Positions 36,163-45,572 of a stretch of DNA of 64,000 nt are shown piece after piece. Both the position numbers and the translations under genes were made by a program. The DNA is from Candidatus Dojkabacteria bacterium (GTDB taxonomy: Bacteria > Patescibacteriota > Dojkabacteria > B142 > JAFGFJ01). How positions within the stretch are numbered: the stretch's first letter is position 1; the number at the start of each line of letters is the position of its first letter. The DNA lies in NCBI GenBank assembly GCA_016931155.1, contig JAFGFJ010000006.1:314896-378895 (forward strand), in the 5' to 3' direction. Under the pieces are notes generated by a model, which was not told where the DNA came from, ran no database searches, and was given only the letters and a program-made list of their open reading frames with translations.

Positions 36163-39141
36163 TTAGAAGGTTTTATGTTCTTTAGCATTGATTAGTCCGC
36201 ACTTCTTATATTTTAGACCGCTACCGCAAGGGCAAGGGTCATTTCTTCCGATTTTTAGTTTTGTGGTAGTATCCTGTTGTTTACCTCTCTGTAAATATTT
36301 CCCTTCTTTTTTTTGTTTGATTTTTAAATCATTAGGCTGTTGTTTTGTTTGCATTTCTCTATCTTCTATAAGTATATTCTCTATTTGTGAAATATTTGTG
36401 GATACGCTCTCCTGTGTTTTCTGTAATATCCTTTTAATCTTCAAAATTATTCTTGCAAAATTGGAGTCAACATTACCAATAAATTGTTCAAATAATAGGA
36501 ACCCTTCATTTTTGTATTCGACAAGTGGTTCTCTTTGAGCATATCCTCTAAGACCTATTCCTTGCCTGAGGTCTGTCATGCTATCGAGGTGTTCTGTCCA
36601 GCCGTGATCCATACTTTCAAGATAATAGTTTTTTACAATAAGGGGATAGTCTTTACCATATTCCTCAACTTTAACTCTCAACATTCTTCCAACCAAATCT
36701 TTAAGGTAGCTAGTTATCTCATTTAACTTTTTTCCTTCTATTTCCATTTCCAGGTACTCTCCAGCTTTTGTTGCATCAGTTAATTTCTTCTTTGTTGGAA
36801 TTTTAGTGACAAGCTCATCTTCGAATAAGTCCAGGAAATCCGCTATCACTTGTTTTCTGTCCAAATCATCACTTCTTTCAGGGATAAAGTGTTTATTAAC
36901 AATAAAGTCGACTTCTTCCTCCAATAACCTTTGTAATCTTTCGGTGAGCTTCATTGTTTTCTCCTTCGTCTTCAGTATTTCTTCTTTCTTGTACAATGCT
37001 GCAAGATGATCCGTTTCTTCCAAAATCGTTCTTCTCTTTTTGTAATAGATTTCTCTTTGCTTATTTACTACGTCATCATACTGAACAAGCTGCTTTCTTA
37101 CATCAAAATTTGTACCCTCCATCCGCTTTTGTGCGTTTTCAATTGCGCCACTTATCATTCCAGATTCAATGGGCATATCTTCAGGAATATTTGTCATTTC
37201 CATTAATTTTTGTACAATTGGACCGCCCTGTATTCTCATGATTTCATCGTCAAGTGCGACGTAAAACCTGGATACTCCAGGTTCGCCCTGTCGTCCTGAT
37301 CTTCCTCTGAGCTGATTGTCGATCCTTCTAGCTTCATGCCTTTCTGATCCAATTATCTGTAGTCCTCCTGTTTTAACGACCTCTTCAAACTCCTTATCTG
37401 TAGCATTGAATCCACCGAGTTTGATATCCGTTCCCCTACCAGCCATATTTGTTGCAACTGTTACTGCAGATTTCTTTCCTGCATTTGCGACTATGTTTGC
37501 TTCTCTTTCATGGTATTTTGCATTTAGTACTTCGTGATCTACTCCTTTTTTATCAAGGAGCCTTGACAGATATTCCGACTTTTCAATTGAAGTGGTTCCG
37601 ATAAGCACTGGTTGTCCGTCCTTGTTTTTTTCCGTTACTTCTTCTGCTATTGCATTGAATTTTGCTTCCTGGTTTTTGTAGACTCTGTCAGGCAGATCTT
37701 TTCTTATTATCGGCTTGTTTGTAGGTATGGAAAGTGAGTCTAGAGAATATATCTTAAAAAATTCTTCGGCCTCTGTCATGACTGTCCCTGATCCTCCTGA
37801 TAGCACTTTGTATAATCTAAAAAGATTTTGGAATGTAATCGTTGCGAGTGTCTTTGACTCTCTTTTTATCTCCACTCCTTCTTTTGCTTCTATGGCTTGA
37901 TGAAGACCTTCTGAATATCTCCTGCCGGCTAGAACTCTTCCGGTAAATTCGTCAACTATCATGACTTCACCATCTCTAACCAGGTAATGATCATCCAATT
38001 TGTATAAGGTTTCAGCCTTCAGGGCATTCTCAAGATGGTGTGCCAATCTATAATCTTCCCATATGTTTTTTACTCCAAGCAATTTTTCTGCTTTTTCAAT
38101 CCCTTCATCAGTTAAAACAGATGAGTGTGCTTTTTCATCCAAAACATAGTGTCGCTCGGGTTCTAGATTCTTTACAAGTTTTGCAAATTTGATATAAAGT
38201 TCGTTTGATTGTTCAGCTGGGGCAGAAATTATCAGGGGAGTTCGTGCTTCGTCTACAAGAATAGAGTCGGCCTCGTCAACAATGCAAAAGTACAGTTCTC
38301 CCTGAACAATGTCTTCAGTAGTTCGTACCATATTGTCTCTGAGATAATCAAAGCCAAACTCATTATTTGTTCCATAAATCACATCACACTTATATGCTTC
38401 CTGTTTTGATACCTCAAGGAGATTTAGACCATCTGAGTCTCCAGGGTTCATTACCTTTATTTTTTTTCTTTGCTTATACGCTTCTTCATTTTTGAATTCC
38501 TTTATCTGCTCATCAGTAATATATTTGTAGGATTTCTCAGGTGTAATTACTCCTACGCTAAATCCCAACTCAGAGAGAATGTGACCTGCGTATTCACCAT
38601 CTCTTTTTGCAAGATAATCGTTTACAGTGACAACATGTGATCCTCTTCCGGTAAGACTGTATAAGGCTGCAGGCATCTGAAAAACGAGAGTTTTTCCTTC
38701 TCCGGTTTTCAGCTCTACTAACTTAAAACCTTGTGCAAGAATCGCACTGGCCAGAAGCTGAACATCAAACTGTCTAATAAATTTTTTTCCTTTACGCATT
38801 TTTCTTTTGGACACCTCTCTAATCATTGCGTAAACTTCAGGAAGAAATTCAAGCAATTTATCTTGTATGGCTTTTTCGTATTGAGGCATATCTTTTCCTT
38901 TTTCCGGAGTTTTTATTGACATTTTGTCTTCTGAAGGCACTTTTTCTACTAAAGTGTTCAATTCATTTCTTATTGTATCAAGCCTTTTTTGGAAGGATTT
39001 GATGTCTTTTTTTTCGAAATCTGGTTCAAGAGAATTAATTTTCTCGACAATGGGCCACGCAGCTTTTATCTGCTTTTCATTAGAGTCGAAAAATTTTGAA
39101 AAAATATTCAGGAACATTTGTGGAATTAAATCAAACATCAT
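36163..39141 (-). CDS. secA: Preprotein translocase ATPase SecA
   Basis: DEAD-like motor blocks (LKTGEGKTLV, IVDEADSILVDEARTPLIIS, TNMAGRGTDIKLGG) and a C-terminal zinc finger CPCGSGLKYKKCG. The true start may be the ATG at 39117 (MFLNIFSKFF), since TGCTATCAT overlaps the 39141 ATG. Confidence 0.96.
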   Translation of the reverse strand: MMFDLIPQMFLNIFSKFFDSNEKQIKAAWPIVEKINSLEPDFEKKDIKSFQKRLDTIRNELNTLVEKVPSEDKMSIKTPEKGKDMPQYEKAIQDKLLEFLPEVYAMIREVSKRKMRKGKKFIRQFDVQLLASAILAQGFKLVELKTGEGKTLVFQMPAALYSLTGRGSHVVTVNDYLAKRDGEYAGHILSELGFSVGVITPEKSYKYITDEQIKEFKNEEAYKQRKKIKVMNPGDSDGLNLLEVSKQEAYKCDVIYGTNNEFGFDYLRDNMVRTTEDIVQGELYFCIVDEADSILVDEARTPLIISAPAEQSNELYIKFAKLVKNLEPERHYVLDEKAHSSVLTDEGIEKAEKLLGVKNIWEDYRLAHHLENALKAETLYKLDDHYLVRDGEVMIVDEFTGRVLAGRRYSEGLHQAIEAKEGVEIKRESKTLATITFQNLFRLYKVLSGGSGTVMTEAEEFFKIYSLDSLSIPTNKPIIRKDLPDRVYKNQEAKFNAIAEEVTEKNKDGQPVLIGTTSIEKSEYLSRLLDKKGVDHEVLNAKYHEREANIVANAGKKSAVTVATNMAGRGTDIKLGGFNATDKEFEEVVKTGGLQIIGSERHEARRIDNQLRGRSGRQGEPGVSRFYVALDDEIMRIQGGPIVQKLMEMTNIPEDMPIESGMISGAIENAQKRMEGTNFDVRKQLVQYDDVVNKQREIYYKKRRTILEETDHLAALYKKEEILKTKEKTMKLTERLQRLLEEEVDFIVNKHFIPERSDDLDRKQVIADFLDLFEDELVTKIPTKKKLTDATKAGEYLEMEIEGKKLNEITSYLKDLVGRMLRVKVEEYGKDYPLIVKNYYLESMDHGWTEHLDSMTDLRQGIGLRGYAQREPLVEYKNEGFLLFEQFIGNVDSNFARIILKIKRILQKTQESVSTNISQIENILIEDREMQTKQQPNDLKIKQKKEGKYLQRGKQQDTTTKLKIGRNDPCPCGSGLKYKKCGLINAKEHKTF

Positions 39142-39274
39142 GATAGCACAAAAAGCAAATTCCGCGGGAAATTTATTTAAGTTAATAGCAGTATAAATCT
39201 TGTTAATTTAAGATCAGTTTTGGATTTTCTACAAATTTAAGGATTGTCATGAAAAAGTGGAGAGGTGACTCTGT

Positions 39275-40033
39275 CTAGAGTTCCAAAGCAATTACCACAA
39301 TTCTGTTGTCACTTCCCCCGGGTACTCCTGATTGAAGTGAACAGGATATTATCTTGATAAAGTTTCGTTTTGATGTTTCGTAAATATTTACGTCGTTCGG
39401 ATTTTTTATTGTGACACTCCGAACTGAGTATCTTATTGGCTTTCCTGATGGATCATTTACCTGAATTAGATCACCCTTTTCTAGAAGATTTATATTCCAG
39501 CAACTTCTTGGGTCATCTTGTTGAAAGTATCTTCTGTGGCATAGTACTATTGTTTCACCGTTTCCAGGAGTACTGGAAGATGGATACATCCAAAATCCTT
39601 GATCCATTAGAGAATCACCATCGCTTCCCCCGAACACATTTGCTCTCACATTTATTTTTGGAATGATTAACTCTCCAATTACTCCTGTTGTAACTTTGGT
39701 ATCGAATGCAAACTTTTGTTGCTCAGGCGAGAGAATATCATCTCTTGTATATATTTTCTCTTTATTCAATTGACTGTCTTGAGCAGTGGAAGTATCTTCT
39801 GTACTGCTTTTTTGTTTCTCTTCTTCCACCTTCTTAACCTCTGACATTGAAGGAACTAAAAAATTATATCCGTACTTCTGCCTACCATTTTCTCCTTTTA
39901 AAAATACTGAAATAAGGCTTATATGTGTTGTTCTTGCCTTTGTGTATAGAAAAAGTCCGCTAACAATAAGAAAGCTTAGTATAAACAAAATAAAAATCAC
40001 CTTTGTTGTTGAATCTTTTTCCTCGTTTTCCAT
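39275..40033 (-). CDS. Sortase-family transpeptidase, membrane-anchored, with atypical active-site contexts
   Basis: N-terminal TM helix, then LIIPKINVRANVF...PGNGETIVLCHRR (His)...GDLIQV...NFIKIISCS (Cys)...DNRIVVIA (Arg). Canonical sortases read GHR and TLxTC at the His and Cys sites. Confidence 0.7.
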   Translation of the reverse strand: MENEEKDSTTKVIFILFILSFLIVSGLFLYTKARTTHISLISVFLKGENGRQKYGYNFLVPSMSEVKKVEEEKQKSSTEDTSTAQDSQLNKEKIYTRDDILSPEQQKFAFDTKVTTGVIGELIIPKINVRANVFGGSDGDSLMDQGFWMYPSSSTPGNGETIVLCHRRYFQQDDPRSCWNINLLEKGDLIQVNDPSGKPIRYSVRSVTIKNPNDVNIYETSKRNFIKIISCSLQSGVPGGSDNRIVVIALEL

Positions 40034-40038
40034 TCCGA

Positions 40039-40047
40039 ATTATATCA
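40039..40047 (-). promoter_or_regulatory. Extended -10 promoter (TGATATAAT on the minus strand) of the sortase gene, with leaderless geometry
   Basis: Plus-strand ATTATATCA at 40039-40047 reads TGATATAAT on the minus strand. Only 5 nt separate the hexamer from the ATG at 40033. Confidence 0.5.
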
Positions 40048-40098
40048 CAGGAAACTATTGTAGTTATATATTTAATATTGTTCAAAACGCTAATACGA

Positions 40099-40107
40099 TG
40101 ATATAAT
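40099..40107 (+). promoter_or_regulatory. Extended -10 promoter (TGATATAAT) of the Cys-rich protein gene
   Basis: Exact TGnTATAAT. It overlaps the track's ATG at 40106, so the ATG at 40130 is the likelier start (~17-nt leader). Confidence 0.5.
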
Positions 40108-40129
40108 GCATTATTCCAATATAAAAACA

Positions 40130-41092
40130 ATGAGGAAGGAATTTGATGAGAAAAAAGTGAGGCTGGCTCTGATGGTTTGGGGATTTATGGTTATCCTTAT
40201 TGGGCTTATTATTGGAATTGTGACGGTTGGACCACAGCTTACTCCGCTTGAGGCACAAGGACAGATTTGCACGACTGGTGCAGATTGTCCTCCTTGTGAA
40301 TATCCACAGGTAGCTTTCTGCGACCATAGCGGATCTTCCAATCCTTGTCGTTCAGGAGAGGGTATATGTACATGTAGAGGCGTACCTCAAAGTGACCCAA
40401 CTTGTGGAGGTGCTGTTTGTATCTCAATTTCTCCGAGTGAGGCATGTGATCCTGGTGGGTGTCCTTCGGGTTACACTGACTGCGGGATAAGTGGTCACAG
40501 AACTGATAATTCTTCAGAATGTCAAGCTTTTGGCAGTTGTACTACTAGATGTGCTTCGTGTAATAACCCAACTACATTTGTTAGATATTGCAGACCGGAA
40601 GTTTCACCTGTTGAACCATCACCGTCACCGTCACCGTCACCATCACCGTCGCCCTCCTACCCAGACTATGAAATAGTAAAGGATGTTATTGACTCAGATA
40701 GTTTTTACGAAATAGGGGAGACTGTGAACTTTAGTGTTACAATCAGAAATACAGGGGATGTAACATTTGAAAAGGTAAAATTTAGGGATGTGTACAATCC
40801 TGCACGATTGGATTATCTATCTAGTCGTGGTAATAAAAATGGTGGCACAGACGTAGAGTTAAATTTCAATATTATTGAAAGTACTGGAATTATAACTCAT
40901 TCAAACCTTGCGGTAGAGTTGGGAAATTTGAATCCTGGGGATTACTATCGAATATTTTTTAGCTTTAGAGCTTTGGTAAGTGTTCCGAGAACATGCAACG
41001 AAGCCTTTGTTAATCCTGATGATTTGGGTGAGAAAAGGGACGATGCTTGTGTCTCGATTAATACTGTGTTTATTCCCGTACCTGATTTATAA
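40130..41092 (+). CDS. Membrane-anchored, extremely Cys-rich surface protein with a (PS)7 linker and a DUF11/CARDB-like C-terminal domain
   Basis: N-terminal TM helix LALMVWGFMVILIGLIIGIV. 17 Cys in ~115 aa (ICTTGADCPPCEY...CASCNN...YCRPE). PSPSPSPSPSPSPS linker. A beta-sandwich-like domain (GETVNFSVTIRNTGDVTFEKVKFRDVYNP). No LPXTG-type C-terminal sorting signal. Confidence 0.75.
   Translation: MRKEFDEKKVRLALMVWGFMVILIGLIIGIVTVGPQLTPLEAQGQICTTGADCPPCEYPQVAFCDHSGSSNPCRSGEGICTCRGVPQSDPTCGGAVCISISPSEACDPGGCPSGYTDCGISGHRTDNSSECQAFGSCTTRCASCNNPTTFVRYCRPEVSPVEPSPSPSPSPSPSPSYPDYEIVKDVIDSDSFYEIGETVNFSVTIRNTGDVTFEKVKFRDVYNPARLDYLSSRGNKNGGTDVELNFNIIESTGIITHSNLAVELGNLNPGDYYRIFFSFRALVSVPRTCNEAFVNPDDLGEKRDDACVSINTVFIPVPDL
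40616..40657 (+). repeat. Seven tandem 6-bp units (CCRTCA-like) encoding (Pro-Ser)7
   Basis: ccatca ccgtca ccgtca ccgtca ccatca ccgtcg ccctcc, read directly from the sequence. Confidence 0.9.
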
Positions 41093-41096
41093 TGTT

Positions 41097-41678
41097 CTAG
41101 CTCAATTCAAATCTGGAGATCTCTTTGTATACAGGACCTTGATTTGTTAGTGTGCTTTGAAGAATTGATATTGAATTTGCTGTAAAGGAAGTCTTTTTCT
41201 TTTCTACTCCTTCTAATATGCAGTGAATCTTCTTTTTGAAGTTTCTATTCACAGTTGGTTTTGCTCTTGCTATTGTCATATGATTAATTAAGGTTGCCCT
41301 ATCTTTTTTTCTCCCGGTATCTTCAAGTTTCAGCTCTTTAATAAATGAATGAACGGTATGGACGAGCAGATCAAGCTCTTTGTTTTTATTGACCAAACAG
41401 GAGAGCACAGTTGGTCTGGTTTCTCCTTTGAAGCCAAAATAAATTTTATTGAACTCTATACTTGCTTTCTTTAGTTTCCTCTTATATAGATTAAAGTACT
41501 CGATTATTCTATCAAGACTTTCTTTGGAAACATTATTCCCAAGAAACTTTATTGTTATATGAAGATGCTCCGGTTTTACAAATGTCAAATTTCTCTTTTC
41601 TTTATAAAAGAGTCTGGTAATGTCTCTAATTTTTTCTTTGATTTCCTGTGGCGGAAGAATTGTGATAAATAATCTCAT
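41097..41678 (-). CDS. thpR: RNA 2',3'-cyclic phosphodiesterase (2H phosphoesterase, ThpR/LigT family)
   Basis: Two HxT/S motifs in the expected positions: HLHITIKFLG and NHMTIAR. 193 aa. Confidence 0.8.
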   Translation of the reverse strand: MRLFITILPPQEIKEKIRDITRLFYKEKRNLTFVKPEHLHITIKFLGNNVSKESLDRIIEYFNLYKRKLKKASIEFNKIYFGFKGETRPTVLSCLVNKNKELDLLVHTVHSFIKELKLEDTGRKKDRATLINHMTIARAKPTVNRNFKKKIHCILEGVEKKKTSFTANSISILQSTLTNQGPVYKEISRFELS

Positions 41679-41682
41679 ATTT

Positions 41683-42507
41683 CTAACTTGATAGTCCTTG
41701 CAGGATAACTAGACTTAATAGCAATACAACGAGATATTCCAGTAACACCTCTTTTTTCAAAGAACCTTCGAGTTTGTGATGAAGAATTGCACTCGTAATA
41801 TAGAAAACCAGTAGGGTGTATGAGGAAGTCGCAAGAATCGAAAAGTTCGTATACGAGCTTAACGCAACTACTGTTTCAATAATTACTAAAGTGGTAATTA
41901 GATTGAAAATAATAGTTAAATAATTGAACTGATTTCTTCTTATCGTGACAATAGTATTGATCATGAATGCTGTCATTCCAATAAGAACGTAAGAAAGAAA
42001 AGGATCAAAACCAAAGTAATTTATAGTTTCAAGAATTGTGTTTGTAAGCTGGAAAAAAGTGATAAATTTGATAATGTCATATATGTAATGAGTTCTTTCT
42101 TCCAATTTGAATTTGTCTTCATAATATGCCCTGATATTAATGAACATTAATGTAAATATGAAAAAGCAAATAAAGAAGAAGAAATACTTGGGAAGTGTCA
42201 GGTGGTAGTAATATATTATTCCCAAGCAAGACATATATAGAGCAGTAGGCAGTAATAAGTGATGTGTAAATTGACTGAATTTAGAATAGGTATCAACCTG
42301 TGGTATTTCCATTTGAGCCAGGATTTTTTTTGAGTATATTTGGCTTGTCAGTACCTCGAAAACAAATACCAGATAAAGGATTATGCTTGCGATGAAGAAT
42401 AATTTTTGTTCCAGATTTATCATGAGCTCAACAAGAAATATGAGACCGATTGAGATGAAAAAACCGTAAAAGATTCCTCTTCTATTGTTTATTAAAAAGT
42501 TCTTCAT
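41683..42507 (-). CDS. Hypothetical polytopic membrane protein (~8 TM)
   Basis: Hydrophobic segments throughout. 4-nt overlap with the upstream CAP-domain gene. No family recognised. Confidence 0.7.
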   Translation of the reverse strand: MKNFLINNRRGIFYGFFISIGLIFLVELMINLEQKLFFIASIILYLVFVFEVLTSQIYSKKILAQMEIPQVDTYSKFSQFTHHLLLPTALYMSCLGIIYYYHLTLPKYFFFFICFFIFTLMFINIRAYYEDKFKLEERTHYIYDIIKFITFFQLTNTILETINYFGFDPFLSYVLIGMTAFMINTIVTIRRNQFNYLTIIFNLITTLVIIETVVALSSYTNFSILATSSYTLLVFYITSAILHHKLEGSLKKEVLLEYLVVLLLSLVILQGLSS

Positions 42508-43952
42508 TTTGTTAACCCTTCAATTATCGTCCCACCTGCTCCTCCAATAAGTACCATCAAAAGCAGAACAATGAAATTTGAAATATGCAAATGATGCTTC
42601 CCTCTTTCTTTATAGCCCAGGGGAAGATTTGTCCTGGCAAGGAGTAGGGCATCAAAAACAAAGAGTGAGACTATAATGAGAAGTGCAGTAATACTTACAA
42701 CATTTTTTACGCTTGGAAACTCTCGAGCAATAATACTTATCAGTTTATTTGTTGCGATTTCTTTTGAGGAAAGAGTTTCCATTGTACTCAATACATTTCC
42801 TGTTTCAATGGTTGAAGATGTGATGTTTCCAGCTTTGTCAATCGCAGTAATTGCTAGCGTGTTAGAAGATTCAGTAATGGGTCTTGCTATGTCTACTTCC
42901 CAGTAATCAGAATAAGGTATGCGAACAAAATTTTTCTCTTCTTCGTTACTGTATAGATATACTTTTTCGGTGTCATCGGAAATAAGTATTCTGAGACGAT
43001 AATTATCAATATTTTCTGTTGACAATATTTCTAACAAATCTGTGTTTATTACTGGTGCTTGAGTGTCTACAACTACGCTAACTATACTTGATTTTTCGCT
43101 GGAAACCCCATGCTCGTCTATGGAATATGAAGATATCAAATGATTCCCCTGTTCAAAAGGTTTGTCTGATGGTGGCTTGTATATAAAGATACCCCCTTGT
43201 GCATCAATATCAGCAATGTTTTTTTCATTGTCAATTATTTTTACTTTTGTTTCCTTTTTTGCTCGACCTCTTATCGTGAAAAATTGATCGTTTGTCCAGG
43301 TACCATTCTCAGGCTCTTCAATTAAGGGGGTATTTTGAATGTCATTTGTTGGAAGTGCTTCTTTCACCTGATGTTTTGAATCACTTGTTATTGGAAGCGC
43401 ATTATAGGAGTTAACTTGAGAGCCGAAATGAACGACAACTACTACATTATTGGGGTTTCCCTGGAAGTTACCCTGAACAATGGAAATACCTATCTCTCTG
43501 AACTCTGGTTTCAGCATATTATCTCTATGACTGGGACTATTCATCCATGCCTGTACTACAGCTTCGTTATCATTAAAACCTTCTGCAAGGTTCTCTCCTG
43601 CATAAATATATTCATAATTCTGATCCTTGAAAAAATCCCAAGGCGATTTCTTATCGGGACAATAGTGAGACCAGCAGTCAGAAGCAAGCATTGCTTTAGC
43701 TTTTTCTGACGCAGAATTAGTCAGTTTGCTGCTAACTACTAATTTCGAAAGTCCTCTGCTGGTTCTTTCTTTATTATGAAGGCTGACAAGTATGGAAGTA
43801 TCGATCGCTGCGTAAGCTTTAGATATCGGTAAGCTTCCCACAGTAATATTAAAAATGAAGAGGATTAGAGTAAAAATGGCTAGACTTCCTTTTCTCAGAA
43901 GAAGTGGATAGTAATTATTTGTTTTAGTAGGAATGAATAAGTTTTTGATCAC
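42504..43952 (-). CDS. Secreted/membrane-anchored CAP (SCP/YkwD-like) domain protein with Ig-like repeats (GTG start)
   Basis: N-terminal signal/anchor. CAP block (LHNKERTSRGL...AGENLAEGF...AVVQAWMNSPSHRDNML). A beta-rich middle region. Two C-terminal TM helices. Confidence 0.78.
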   Translation of the reverse strand: MIKNLFIPTKTNNYYPLLLRKGSLAIFTLILFIFNITVGSLPISKAYAAIDTSILVSLHNKERTSRGLSKLVVSSKLTNSASEKAKAMLASDCWSHYCPDKKSPWDFFKDQNYEYIYAGENLAEGFNDNEAVVQAWMNSPSHRDNMLKPEFREIGISIVQGNFQGNPNNVVVVVHFGSQVNSYNALPITSDSKHQVKEALPTNDIQNTPLIEEPENGTWTNDQFFTIRGRAKKETKVKIIDNEKNIADIDAQGGIFIYKPPSDKPFEQGNHLISSYSIDEHGVSSEKSSIVSVVVDTQAPVINTDLLEILSTENIDNYRLRILISDDTEKVYLYSNEEEKNFVRIPYSDYWEVDIARPITESSNTLAITAIDKAGNITSSTIETGNVLSTMETLSSKEIATNKLISIIAREFPSVKNVVSITALLIIVSLFVFDALLLARTNLPLGYKERGKHHLHISNFIVLLLMVLIGGAGGTIIEGLTK

Positions 43953-44018
43953 GTTATACTGAAAAAGTTGCTACAATATAGTATAAGTGTTCAGATATAA
44001 TCTCAAGTTTCGTAATAT

Positions 44019-45572
44019 ATGATTGTTAGAACAAGATTTGCTCCAAGTCCGACAGGATACGCTCATTTGGGCTTTGTGAGTAGAGTCCTTATTAATTATG
44101 CAATGGCCAGAAAACATGGCGGGAAGTTTGTATGGAGAAATGAGGACACTGATAGAGAAAGGTTTGTTGAAGGATCTCTAGAGTTTAATATGAGATGGAT
44201 GAGGGAGTTTGGACTTGATTGGGATGAGGGACCGGATATAGGTGGATCTTATGCGCCTTACAACCAAAGTGAAAGATTAGATATCTATAAGAATGCGGCG
44301 GAAAAACTTATTGAGAAAGGTTACGCTTACAGATGTTTTTGTTCAAAAGAAAGACTTTCAGAAATGAGAGAAGAACAGGAAAAAAAGAAGGAGAGAAAAC
44401 ACTACGATGGCCTTTGCAGAAATATATCTGCCAGTGAGATAGAAAGTAATTTAAAAAAGAGTATTGCATACACGGTAAGGGTAAAAATGCCAAGAGATAG
44501 AAAAATAGAATTTGACGATATCATTACACGCACTCATATTACTTGGAATTCAAATGAAGTTGATGATTATATTCTTTTAAAATCTGATGGTTATCCAACT
44601 TATCACCTTGCTGCAGTTGTTGATGATGCTGCAATGGAAATTTCACACGTTTTTAGAGGTTCAGAGTGGATTGCTACAACTCCAGTGCATCAAATAATTT
44701 ATGAAGGTCTTGGTATTACAGAAAAGGAGAGGCCGGGTATTGGTCATTTTACTGTTATTTTGGATCCTTCAACTCCTGGGAAAAAGTTTAGCAAGAGGAG
44801 TAGCTCTTTTAAGGCAAATGGACTTGTGATACAAGGTTATTTAAAACCTGCAATACTTAATTATCTAATGCTTCTTGGATGGGCACCAAAAGATGACAGA
44901 GAGCTTTTTACACTAAAGGAGTTTGTGGAAGCATTTGATCTTTCAGGGATGCAGAAAGCAAATCCAACCTGGGATCAAAATAAAATGGATTGGTTCAATG
45001 GTATTTATATTCGTGCACTTTCCCCAGATAATTTGATAAAGGAATTCACAAACTGGATTACTAATTACCTTTTTAAGGAGCCGGCTGAGGATGTTAAAGA
45101 GAATCTTACCAGTGCTGATCTTGACGTGAAGAGAGTTAATGAATTGTTAGATCTTGCAAGAGTAATTAAAGACTCAGACAGAGATGCTTTAAAATGCCAG
45201 CTTTTACTTACTCAGGAAAGATCTATAAATTTCTGGCATACACTAAGTCAAATAGAATTTTTCTATAGAAGACCTGAAAAAATCGATTGGCAAATTAAGC
45301 AGTTAAATAAAATAAAGGAAAACTTGGAGGAGATCAAATTAGATCTAATTAGTATGTATAGTTCTATGGATGATAATTCTTCAAAGTGGATGCACGCAAA
45401 ATGGGAGAAAGATATCCGTAGACTAGGGGATAAGTATAGGAAAAAACATGGTGATATTTTTATGCTGCTTAGAGTGTCTATTACAGGTGGACCATTTTCT
45501 CCTCCGCTTTTTGAATCTTCGCAGATACTGGGAAAAGAAGAGTGTCTAATAAGACTTAAAAATAATAAATGA
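44019..45572 (+). CDS. gltX: Glutamyl-tRNA synthetase
   Basis: RTRFAPSPTGYAHLG (HIGH-type motif), WRNEDTD, and KFSKRS (KMSKS-type motif). 517 aa. Confidence 0.93.
   Translation: MIVRTRFAPSPTGYAHLGFVSRVLINYAMARKHGGKFVWRNEDTDRERFVEGSLEFNMRWMREFGLDWDEGPDIGGSYAPYNQSERLDIYKNAAEKLIEKGYAYRCFCSKERLSEMREEQEKKKERKHYDGLCRNISASEIESNLKKSIAYTVRVKMPRDRKIEFDDIITRTHITWNSNEVDDYILLKSDGYPTYHLAAVVDDAAMEISHVFRGSEWIATTPVHQIIYEGLGITEKERPGIGHFTVILDPSTPGKKFSKRSSSFKANGLVIQGYLKPAILNYLMLLGWAPKDDRELFTLKEFVEAFDLSGMQKANPTWDQNKMDWFNGIYIRALSPDNLIKEFTNWITNYLFKEPAEDVKENLTSADLDVKRVNELLDLARVIKDSDRDALKCQLLLTQERSINFWHTLSQIEFFYRRPEKIDWQIKQLNKIKENLEEIKLDLISMYSSMDDNSSKWMHAKWEKDIRRLGDKYRKKHGDIFMLLRVSITGGPFSPPLFESSQILGKEECLIRLKNNK

Noticed and set aside
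40130-41092. The Cys-rich protein as a classical sortase substrate or pilin.
   Set aside because: Its C-terminus (..VFIPVPDL) has no LPXTG-like motif followed by a hydrophobic segment and a basic tail. The only TM helix is N-terminal.
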